NCBI GenBank assembly: GCA_041661265.1
Contig: JBAZUT010000001.1
Location: 1,854 to 65,853 of the forward strand
Direction of reading: 5' to 3'
Source of the DNA: Minisyncoccota bacterium
Lineage (GTDB): Bacteria; Patescibacteriota; Minisyncoccia; JAHIHE01; JAGLIN01
Length of the DNA: 64,000 bases
The position numbers and the translations under genes are program-made. Shown here piece after piece: positions 29,000 through 37,246 of the stretch. The first letter of the stretch is position 1; each line of letters begins with the position of its first letter. The notes below the pieces were generated by a model. The model was given only the letters and a program-made list of their open reading frames with translations. It had not been told where the DNA came from and searched no databases.

Positions 29000-31156
29000 T
29001 TATTCAAACAAAACCTTACGAAGTCTTATCAATTCTTCTTTTGTCAAGTCACCCAGATTCTTGACTTCCAATTTGACTCCTTCAGCAAATTCTTTTTGCC
29101 TTAACTCCGACGTTGTTTTCTCTATAGTATTTTTGAATTCCGCCGGAGACTCATATGCTTTTTTGGCTAATTCTCTTGCCTCTTTTTTCCCTACATATCT
29201 ATATCCTATCTTTAGAGTACCTTGTACTACTGGTGCCGAAAATGCAATAAACTCAAGATACTCCAAATCAATATAATATACCGTTTGGTTCAATACATTA
29301 TCTGGAATATTTCCTTTTATTAAAACGGAACTTAAGTTTACTGAATTCTCATCTTTAACACTATACTCATAACTAAGGCTATAGTTATATTGAGGATAGG
29401 ATAGCCTGCTAAGAAGATACATAGGTTTACCGTCATATAAAATTGTTTTATTGAAAGTATAAACTTCGGTCTCAATACCTTTATTTAGTATGTATTTATC
29501 CTTAATACTCTCGTACTGGACTATAGCTGCTTCCCAGCTATCCGAAGTTACATTCCTTTTCAATTTTATATCCTTGTTTTCAAGGATGTAATTCAAGCAA
29601 GACGAAACCTTCCAAGTCTCTGGCTGTGAATCAACGCCCGAAAGAGTACAGGCATTTCCTTTTATTACCAATGTCATTTCCTCATTCAAACTGTACATTC
29701 TCGAATTAGGTACTGACAATATAGGTTTTGATTCTTCAATTTTCTCCAGCTTTACATCGTCGATATAATATATATCTCCTGCCGCTGCTTGGGACGCAAG
29801 CCAGAACATTAAGCGTCCGTCATTTACCGCACCGGTAAAACCGGTTGTGGTAAATTCAGTCGTAAATGTCTGCCAGCCAGTGCCAAGATTAACATAATAA
29901 TCCGGCATATAAGGAGTATATGGCGATGCGTGCTTGATCAGCCTAACCTTTATATTTCGACCTACATTCGAGTAAGCCGCAAAGGTCAACCGATATCGCG
30001 TATTCGATTCCAATACTACTCCAGCTTGATACAACTGGATATTTGAACTGTTGCCGGTAATTGCAAGCTTTGCAACATTTCCCGTAACGTTGGAAGGCTC
30101 AATACTGAAAGTTCCTGCTTTTTTTGCATAAAATATCCAGGGCAATGTTCCTGATTCAAACCCGCTGTCGCCAATAATATTTACTGGGGTTGGTTCCGGG
30201 GTTAGTTCTGGCGTGGGTTCCGGAGTCGGTTCCGGAGTCGGTTCCGGCGTGGGTTCTGGAGTTGGTTTTTCGAGCTCAAAAGTTATCCTCCTATCCGCAT
30301 CGGAATAAAAGGAATAGGAATCACTTGGCGTGATATTCTGTAGTTTATTTGCCCATGCCCATTCCGGATTATCCATAGCAGGATCGTAGAATATCCATGC
30401 GCTATTGGACCAATTATAATGCCAGACTATTACTCCTGTAAGATTTTTAAAAATCTTTGTGCTGGTTACACCTGATTCTTTCGGTGCTTGCCAAACATTT
30501 CCATCTGGCACTCCGGTAGCAAGGTTCAATGTTACAGACCATGGCTGGACCGGAGTAATTACCGGTTCAGGAGTTACTTCGGGGGTTGGTGCCGGAGTTG
30601 AAACTGCCGTAGGAGCTACGGTTGGCTCCGGAGTTGCTACGGGCTTTTCTTCTAAAGTGACGAATACATCAGAACTACTGAAATCAACTCTTTTTGTTTG
30701 AGTTCTATATTCCGAACTTTCAAAAACAAGTAATTTACCAGTATCTCCTTGGCAAACCTCAACCTTAAACGGAGTAGTGCCTATCCAGCCTACATTAAAC
30801 TCAGTTATATCAATTCCTGACGGACTGGATGAAATTACCAGATATTTGCACTGCGAATACGCAATCGGTGTATCTGAAATAATTATATCCGCAAAGGAGT
30901 TTGTAACTCTTTTGACTGTTATATAAATATGCCCGTGAGCCGTATTTATTGCCCCTTCCTGGTAAAATACATCTTCTCCTGAAATGGTTAATGTAACCAA
31001 ACACCTTTCTCCGCATCCGAAATCTTTTACCACAACATCATATCCCGGATACTGATCTCCTTTGTGCATTTCCACTGCACCAACTGTCGATGGTGCCATC
31101 AGAAGCACCATTGCGGCAAATATTATTGCCCTTACTATGTCTCCATTTCTATTCAT
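29000..31156 (-). CDS. large secreted protein with (PTPE)n linkers (hypothetical surface protein)
   Basis: N-terminal signal peptide. PTPEPTPEPTPEPTPEPTPELTPEPTP linker encoded by 12-nt tandem repeats at ~30180-30265. Confidence 0.7.
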   Translation of the reverse strand: MNRNGDIVRAIIFAAMVLLMAPSTVGAVEMHKGDQYPGYDVVVKDFGCGERCLVTLTISGEDVFYQEGAINTAHGHIYITVKRVTNSFADIIISDTPIAYSQCKYLVISSSPSGIDITEFNVGWIGTTPFKVEVCQGDTGKLLVFESSEYRTQTKRVDFSSSDVFVTLEEKPVATPEPTVAPTAVSTPAPTPEVTPEPVITPVQPWSVTLNLATGVPDGNVWQAPKESGVTSTKIFKNLTGVIVWHYNWSNSAWIFYDPAMDNPEWAWANKLQNITPSDSYSFYSDADRRITFELEKPTPEPTPEPTPEPTPEPTPELTPEPTPVNIIGDSGFESGTLPWIFYAKKAGTFSIEPSNVTGNVAKLAITGNSSNIQLYQAGVVLESNTRYRLTFAAYSNVGRNIKVRLIKHASPYTPYMPDYYVNLGTGWQTFTTEFTTTGFTGAVNDGRLMFWLASQAAAGDIYYIDDVKLEKIEESKPILSVPNSRMYSLNEEMTLVIKGNACTLSGVDSQPETWKVSSCLNYILENKDIKLKRNVTSDSWEAAIVQYESIKDKYILNKGIETEVYTFNKTILYDGKPMYLLSRLSYPQYNYSLSYEYSVKDENSVNLSSVLIKGNIPDNVLNQTVYYIDLEYLEFIAFSAPVVQGTLKIGYRYVGKKEARELAKKAYESPAEFKNTIEKTTSELRQKEFAEGVKLEVKNLGDLTKEELIRLRKVLFE

Positions 31157-31505
31157 TTTTTCACCTTTTTTGTTTCTGTTTTTTCTTTACTTACCTTTTT
31201 TTGCAACTAATAAATAGCTGCTTTTTGTTTCTTCTCCGCGGAAAATCTGATGACTCTTCCGTTCGACCCATCTATCATGCACCCTCAGAACACTCCTCCA
31301 TGTCCCTTCAATCAGCAAATTGTAAAGTGCGATAATTGACTCTGAACATATTTTCTCGTCCAGGCCAACTAAACAGATTACTACTTATTGTAAAATTGTC
31401 AAGAGTAATGTAATGATTATCATTTAAAAAATGAAAACGGGCAGTTCTCCTAAGCCTATTATTGACATTTTTTATTTTTGGGTTAAAGTTTGAAAAGGAG
31501 GCATA

Positions 31506-31889
31506 ATGTCGAAAGAAAAAGTTATCGCGCATTTGAACAAAATGCTTGAACACACAAAGGAAGCGGAAGCTGACGGATCATTGCAGGATAGCGGAAGAAC
31601 GGTGGCAAGTTTGGAGAAAGCGATAGAAGCGGTCAAGAACAGCAAGGATTTCGAAATATTTTTCTCTAAATTTATTTCATGCAGAAAATTCCCCTGTAAG
31701 TGCGTATCATTCACCTTGCTTCACAACAATATCCGCATAAGATCGGATTTTTATTATCGGGGAATCGTATTATGCACAAATCTGAAGCAGAGTACCAATA
31801 CAAATATATATTGCCAGGGAATCGACGTGCACCCTGATATCTACAAAAACCCAAAGAAGGAACAGCTATATGAATTACTTATGTTGTAG
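31506..31889 (+). CDS. hypothetical protein
   Basis: AAAGGAGG-N6-ATG. Confidence 0.45.
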   Translation: MSKEKVIAHLNKMLEHTKEAEADGSLQDSGRTVASLEKAIEAVKNSKDFEIFFSKFISCRKFPCKCVSFTLLHNNIRIRSDFYYRGIVLCTNLKQSTNTNIYCQGIDVHPDIYKNPKKEQLYELLML

Positions 31890-32028
31890 CATGCAGTCTC
31901 GCTACAACTTTTTTTATTCACACGTTTCCTTTTGTTCAGATCATATGCGAGCCGGACTATTTTCACAAGCAGCTGGATTGACAAAGCGCAGAATATAAAT
32001 TAATGTCTATATCACAGGAGGTTTTAAA

Positions 32029-32334
32029 ATAGTCTCGTCGGATCCGTTGATACTCGGCATGGGAATCCTAGCGCTCTTAATTGCAGCATCTCTTGGTTTA
32101 TGCCTATATAAAGCCAAGAGCATGTGGAATTATCCGTATATTCTGTCGATATATATCGGCGTCATAGTATTTTTCGTTTTTTACGGAATAATGTTCATTG
32201 AAGAAATCGAGTTTACATTCGAAATGAATATAGCGTTCTGGGTTATTGCAGGCATATGGGCATTAGTAACGCTGTGCTTGCCATCCGAAAGAAAAAAGGA
32301 TGAAGAAGTAAACATAACAAGCAAAGGCACCTAA
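32029..32334 (+). CDS. small 3-TM membrane protein (paralog of 27541-27846); start codon uncertain (ATA 32029, TTG 32047 or ATG 32059)
   Basis: Alignment with the paralog extends to MVSSDPLILG. The only codon 7 nt after AGGAGG is ATA. Same C-terminus ...SKGT and same terminator. Confidence 0.5.
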   Translation: MVSSDPLILGMGILALLIAASLGLCLYKAKSMWNYPYILSIYIGVIVFFVFYGIMFIEEIEFTFEMNIAFWVIAGIWALVTLCLPSERKKDEEVNITSKGT

Positions 32335-32348
32335 ATGCCTTTTTTTTA
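32325..32348 (+). terminator. rho-independent terminator
   Basis: AGGCA-cctaaa-TGCCT + T8. Confidence 0.6.
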
Positions 32349-32359
32349 CTTTTCAACTT

Positions 32360-32392
32360 GTCATTGCGAGACACGGCAACACCGTGGCAATC
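32360..32392 (+). repeat. partial copy of the interspersed GTCATTGCGAG...CGTGGCAATC repeat family
   Basis: gtcattgcgagacacggcaacaccgtggcaatc. Compare 39781-39852 and 55377-55506. Confidence 0.5.
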
Positions 32393-32396
32393 TAAT

Positions 32397-32429
32397 CCCC
32401 TCTTGAGAGGGGCGGGGGTGTGTTGAATT
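32397..32429 (+). repeat. palindromic element CCCCTCTTGAGAGGGG + CGGGGGTGTGTTGAATT (copy 1 of 2)
   Basis: Second copy at 32921-32954. Confidence 0.55.
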
Positions 32430-32464
32430 TGAAAAAGACATCCGACACCCTCATTTCGGCCGTC

Positions 32465-32493
32465 TTGACAAAAGACAAGAAATGAGGTAGTAT
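32465..32493 (+). promoter_or_regulatory. sigma70-type promoter TTGACA-17-TAGTAT plus leader and AGGAGG (32498-32503), duplicate of the 27493 cassette
   Basis: 17-nt tagtatctcgcaggagg identical in both copies. Confidence 0.6.
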
Positions 32494-32509
32494 CTCGCAG
32501 GAGGTTGTT

Positions 32510-32890
32510 ATGACAATTGAAGATAGTATAAAGAGAATTCAAGAACTCGCAAAAAAGATCCAGGACGATACATCAATGCATCCGGCCAAACGGAAAGCCA
32601 TCGTTCAGCATCTGGAAAGCGCGGAGGAATCACTTTTGAAAAGCGAGAGTGATTATATAAAGAAAGAACAGATCATGGGAATAGCAGGCAAATTGACGAT
32701 AATATTCGTTCCATTGTTTATGATCTGCCTTCTGATCTATAGCTATGGAATTCCGAATTATGTTCCCCGTGAATCAATTACGTTTTTCCGCATAAGCATT
32801 GCCTCATTCGCCATCGCGATGGGCAATATGGTAATTGCACCCGGATTATACTGGATGCAACATAAGATTTTCTCACCCAAAAGTGCCTAA
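32510..32890 (+). CDS. hypothetical protein with C-terminal TM segments
   Basis: ATG 7 nt after AGGAGG. Hairpin terminator AGTGC..GCACT-T7 follows. Confidence 0.5.
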   Translation: MTIEDSIKRIQELAKKIQDDTSMHPAKRKAIVQHLESAEESLLKSESDYIKKEQIMGIAGKLTIIFVPLFMICLLIYSYGIPNYVPRESITFFRISIASFAIAMGNMVIAPGLYWMQHKIFSPKSA

Positions 32891-32920
32891 AGCACTTTTT
32901 TTCTTTTTCATCTGACAATT

Positions 32921-32954
32921 CCCCTCTTGAGAGGGGCGTAGGGGTGTGTGAATT
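32921..32954 (+). repeat. palindromic element CCCCTCTTGAGAGGGG + CGTAGGGGTGTGTGAATT (copy 2 of 2)
   Basis: See 32397-32429. Confidence 0.55.
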
Positions 32955-33110
32955 GTCACCCTGAGCAAGCCTACTGAATTTATCGTCCCAGGTCCATGAA
33001 AAAGGGACGTGACACCTTTATTTTTTCCAAAAAAATATAACTATTATTGACACCAACGTCTTTCTTCATTATCATGTCATAGCAAATGCCGATCCGGCAG
33101 GAGGAATAAC

Positions 33111-33563
33111 TTGATAAAAAATGTATTGATCAAAACTTCAGGAGACACGAGCGATCTCGCCGCATTCCGGGAATTCGCCATTGAAAAAGCGAAAAGCAAT
33201 TATGTCGTGGTGATCTGCGGAGGAGGATCCCAGATCAACCAGGCGCTGAAGAATGCGGGGTTCGAGATCAAATTCAACGACCACGGACGAGTGACCGAGA
33301 CATGGGAAGAAAGAAAGATCGCGCGCGACATTCTTGAAAAGGAGCAAAAGGATCTTCAGGATTCTTTCGTCGGAAAAGGAATCTCCGTCCTGGCTCCCCT
33401 TCTTGAAGCCTCTTCCGTGCTCTGTCCCATCAATGGCGACAACATGGTGAAAGCATTCTATCTCGGATTCGACGAGATATATGTCTTCACGCTCAAAGAC
33501 AGGATCGATGCGAAGAAGGAAGTCTTCAAGAAATATGAAAAAGTGCAGATCGTGGGAATTTGA
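33111..33563 (+). CDS. compact amino-acid-kinase (AAK) superfamily-like protein, tentative; TTG start
   Basis: AGGAGG-N7-TTG. N-lobe VLIKTSGDT...VVVICGGGSQIN and C-lobe NGDNMVKAFYLGFDEIYVFTLKD resemble AAK motifs, but only 150 aa. Confidence 0.35.
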   Translation: MIKNVLIKTSGDTSDLAAFREFAIEKAKSNYVVVICGGGSQINQALKNAGFEIKFNDHGRVTETWEERKIARDILEKEQKDLQDSFVGKGISVLAPLLEASSVLCPINGDNMVKAFYLGFDEIYVFTLKDRIDAKKEVFKKYEKVQIVGI

Positions 33564-34099
33564 GGAGGAATATGTTTCTCACGGACATCTTCATGAAGAT
33601 GGTCATCTTCTTCGGATGTAAAACGGGATTATATCACCTGAGAGCAAAGTGGACCAAGGAAGGGCTGGTTTGCGAAGATTGCGGATATTTCGAAGATAAA
33701 GCTGCATATCAAGCAAGCCTGCACTCCGGTGCGGGATAACAAAAATACACGAAAATCGTGTAATTTTTTTAGGTGAAAAAAGCACCTTACACTTTTTTTC
33801 CCGAACAAATCCTTTTCGTCTGACTTTCACAGACTCATCAGTAAGCTAAGCTTATAAGGAAAAATGGCCTCAAGATAAAATAAAAGAAGATAAAGTATTT
33901 TCATAACAGTAAGAATTATTGTATTTATTAATCTTAAAAACAGCATCAATTTTAAGGTACGTACAAATATTATGTCGCCTGCCATCATCAGTTTAGAGAG
34001 GCCATTCTCTAAAGACACAAATTGATAACCCAAATGTGTTTCGGCTATGAAACTAGGATGTATATATTCTAACAAGAAAATAAAAAGATGCAACCATGA

Positions 34100-34495
34100 C
34101 TATATCCTTTGAATAATTCGATCTATAATTTTCTGGCCGTTTTTTAATTGATGCTCCCAAATTCGAAAAATTTTCCAGCCAATTTTTTTATAATATTTCG
34201 TTACTTCCCTATCTCTTTCAACATTCCGTGCTAACTTTAATTGCCAAAATCTTTTTCTGGTATTTGGCATACTCCCATGCCTTTTGCATCCATGCCAGAA
34301 ACAAGAATCTACAAAAATGACAGCCTTGTATTTTGATAAAACCAAGTCGGGCTTCCCGAAATATTTTGATGAATTTTTACAGTAACGAAATCCCACTTTC
34401 CAGAGTTTTTTTCTAAATTCAATCTCCAGCTTGCTGTCCTTGCTTCGGACTTTAGACATTATCTCGCTTCGCTTCTTTTTTGAGTAAATATCCAT
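34100..34495 (-). CDS. vsr: very-short-patch repair endonuclease Vsr
   Basis: FRKKLWKVGFRY, GKPDLVL, FVDSCFWHGC, ...IFRIWEHQ family signature. Confidence 0.85.
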   Translation of the reverse strand: MDIYSKKKRSEIMSKVRSKDSKLEIEFRKKLWKVGFRYCKNSSKYFGKPDLVLSKYKAVIFVDSCFWHGCKRHGSMPNTRKRFWQLKLARNVERDREVTKYYKKIGWKIFRIWEHQLKNGQKIIDRIIQRI

Positions 34496-34500
34496 ATACT

Positions 34501-36207
34501 TTAGATTGTTTCCGCATTATCCAATCGATTGAATAAATGTGATAAAAGACTTAATGCGTCTAGACAATCTTGTTCCGTATATAAGCCAGACTGTCTCAAA
34601 TCTTCAGCAGTTTCGTGCGCCTTTGGATTTCTAAAAGCCATCCACATCGCACGAGCCAATAGACCATGTCCTTTGGAAATGTTTTCCAATGTAAGTGGCT
34701 TAAAATCTGTACCATCGGGCCGTTTATACTTTTTTGTTACAGATAATATTGGTAGAACAGGAGGCAGAGGCGGGTTTTGTGGTTTCGGCTGATCCGGTGA
34801 AAAAGCTTCTTTAATCAATCTAAGATCAACATTACTGGATGCGGTTTTAGCTTTAATCTGATTAACATATTCAGTCACACCCTCCAGTACGGCACCATAA
34901 TAATCGCTATTTTTATAATAATTAAAGACAATTTTTTTTAAAACTGGATGCAAATTGCGCCAGTGAAAGTACGGATATGGTTTAATTATATTTTGAAGAC
35001 CCTTTAAACTGCTTACAAGCTTTTCTTCTGTCATCTCAGAATCTTTCAATAAAGCACCGATGATAGGATCAAGATCTTCTCTAATATTTTCAGGTATATG
35101 ATTTCGCCACTCACCAATACTCATGCCAGTTTTATTTTCTGCCTCTTTTGATCTTATTTCTGCTCTTCTTTTACGCCAATCTTGTTCCAGCCAATTAATA
35201 ACTTTTCTTAAATAATCTCTTAATTTTAACATTTCCGGATGACCCCAATTTAAAGATTTTCGATCTGTAGCTATAACGTCTTCATCAAGATCATCAATAA
35301 AATCTACTTCCAGCCAACCAGTCAAATACGAAAAGAAATGACTTGACATGCTTTCAGAAAAATACTCCGGTAAATTTACCAATTTTTTCCTAGAAAATAA
35401 AGTAACTCCACGCATATTAGTTTTTGGTGAAATCGGCGTTTCTGTCGCAATAAGATATCCAGTAACTTTATTTTTTTCTGAATAATCTGATTCGAGTTTA
35501 ATTTCTTTTGGAACGTCCCACTCAACTTCTTTTTTTAAATCCGCATACTTCTTCTCGTTTTCAACAAAAAAAGGGTTTTCTTCATTATACTGGATAGAAA
35601 CTTTAAAAGTATTATCTACAATAAAGATTTTTGACAATGCAACAGCAAGAGCTGACGAATCAAATTCGGTTTGACGATGAAGTCCACGAAGGATAATTGT
35701 TGTACCATTTTTAGCATCGCAAGGTTCATCAATCTTTATAAGTTGCGGATGATATTCAGCGGTTTTAGATTCTTTTATGTCTTGCCATCGAAGAATAAAA
35801 ACGTTCATTTTTAAATTCTTCTTCGTAATCACTTCAATCTCCTCAGCAATCCCAAAAAATGATAACTTCCCTATGCCCTTTTTCCCTATTACTTTTCTCC
35901 CTCCTGTAATACTTTCTACTTCTTCCTCATCTCGTCTATTACGACCGATACGAAGAAATTTACTATTGATTTCTTCGAGATTCATTCCAATACCATTATC
36001 TTTGACAGCAATTTCCCGTTTTCCGTATTTATCATATAGAAAAACAGTCACGTCTGAGGCATTAGCATCATAAGAATTTGCTACCAACTCAGCGAGAACC
36101 GGTGGTAACGTTGAGTACATTCGAACGCCAAGATGTTCAATCGTCGCCGGATCAAATGTCATTTTTAAAATATCCTTTTCTTGATCATTTTGATTCATAA
36201 TTTTCAA
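34501..36207 (-). CDS. GHKL/MORC-like ATPase (HATPase_c_3-type) with C-terminal HEPN-like Rx4H motif; uncharacterised defense-associated protein
   Basis: Bergerat-fold motifs ELVANSYDA (N-box), DNGIGM (G1), GKKGIGKLS (G2). C-terminal FRNPKAHE (Rx4H) at 34612-34635. Overlaps the dcm stop by 23 nt, 5 nt upstream of vsr. Confidence 0.75.
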   Translation of the reverse strand: MKIMNQNDQEKDILKMTFDPATIEHLGVRMYSTLPPVLAELVANSYDANASDVTVFLYDKYGKREIAVKDNGIGMNLEEINSKFLRIGRNRRDEEEVESITGGRKVIGKKGIGKLSFFGIAEEIEVITKKNLKMNVFILRWQDIKESKTAEYHPQLIKIDEPCDAKNGTTIILRGLHRQTEFDSSALAVALSKIFIVDNTFKVSIQYNEENPFFVENEKKYADLKKEVEWDVPKEIKLESDYSEKNKVTGYLIATETPISPKTNMRGVTLFSRKKLVNLPEYFSESMSSHFFSYLTGWLEVDFIDDLDEDVIATDRKSLNWGHPEMLKLRDYLRKVINWLEQDWRKRRAEIRSKEAENKTGMSIGEWRNHIPENIREDLDPIIGALLKDSEMTEEKLVSSLKGLQNIIKPYPYFHWRNLHPVLKKIVFNYYKNSDYYGAVLEGVTEYVNQIKAKTASSNVDLRLIKEAFSPDQPKPQNPPLPPVLPILSVTKKYKRPDGTDFKPLTLENISKGHGLLARAMWMAFRNPKAHETAEDLRQSGLYTEQDCLDALSLLSHLFNRLDNAETI

Positions 36208-37243
36208 TTATAATTTTACCAAGCTGTCTCGCAAATTCGGGAGGAACAGCGTTCCCTATCATTCGCGCAATATCTGACATATTCTTCGCATAAAATACAT
36301 AGTCTTTGGGAAATGTTTGCAGCGTCGCACCTTCTCGAATAGAAATAGCCCTATTTTCTTCAGGATGAGCAAACCTACCATTAGAAATGCTTAAAAATTT
36401 AGTCGTAATAGTCGGGGCAGGCTTATCCCAGCTCATACGACCATAATTATCAATAAAACCATTACCTTTGTATTTTTTCCTTTTTAAATTCTTATCATGG
36501 GCCCAATCAAGCCAAGAACCTCCATTTTTTGCAGTCTTCTTAAGACGAAGTAAATTCTTTGATGTAAGGCCGGCAACCGAATGATTAAATTCCGTATCAT
36601 CCCTAAATCCAGCCTTCACTTTTTGAAATCCATTTTTCTCCCCTAAAACATCAGCAACGGTACGTTTTTTATTTATTGAATATTCTGGAAATATTTCTTT
36701 GTCAATCACTCTGCTGGCAACCAAGGAAAATCTTTTGCGAGCCTGAGGAATGCCATAATCACTCATATTCACAATCTCAAAATGAACCTTGTATCCCCTG
36801 TCTTTTAAATTGGAAACAAAATTATTCAAGCCGCTCTGATCTTTTTTCCGTAATATTCCCGGGACATTTTCAACCAATACATAACCAGGGTTAAAGTAGT
36901 CAACGAATCTCTTAAATTCAATAAGAAGATTTTTTGATTTTTGCGATTTTGTTTTATCATGCTGAATAATAGACCAATACTGACATGGGCTGCAACCAAT
37001 AAACACAATCTCATCATCGTTTTTTTTCAATCCAAGTCTTTTCGCAAGATCAATTTCTTTTAAAGCAAATACATCAGCCGTTATGAATTGCGAGTTGGGA
37101 TTATTCTTTTCATATGTCTCTTTGCATGAAGAATCATTATCTATGCCAGCAATCACGTCAATCCCTGCCTGAATTAGACCATTCGTCATTCCACCTCCCG
37201 AGCAAAAAAAGTCAACTGCTCTTATTTTTGTTTTTTTTTGCAT
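36185..37243 (-). CDS. dcm: DNA (cytosine-5)-methyltransferase
   Basis: Motif I DFFCSGGG, IV GCSPCQ, VI ENVPG, VIII QARKR, X GNAVPP. Confidence 0.9.
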   Translation of the reverse strand: MQKKTKIRAVDFFCSGGGMTNGLIQAGIDVIAGIDNDSSCKETYEKNNPNSQFITADVFALKEIDLAKRLGLKKNDDEIVFIGCSPCQYWSIIQHDKTKSQKSKNLLIEFKRFVDYFNPGYVLVENVPGILRKKDQSGLNNFVSNLKDRGYKVHFEIVNMSDYGIPQARKRFSLVASRVIDKEIFPEYSINKKRTVADVLGEKNGFQKVKAGFRDDTEFNHSVAGLTSKNLLRLKKTAKNGGSWLDWAHDKNLKRKKYKGNGFIDNYGRMSWDKPAPTITTKFLSISNGRFAHPEENRAISIREGATLQTFPKDYVFYAKNMSDIARMIGNAVPPEFARQLGKIIIENYESK

Positions 37244-37246
37244 ATA

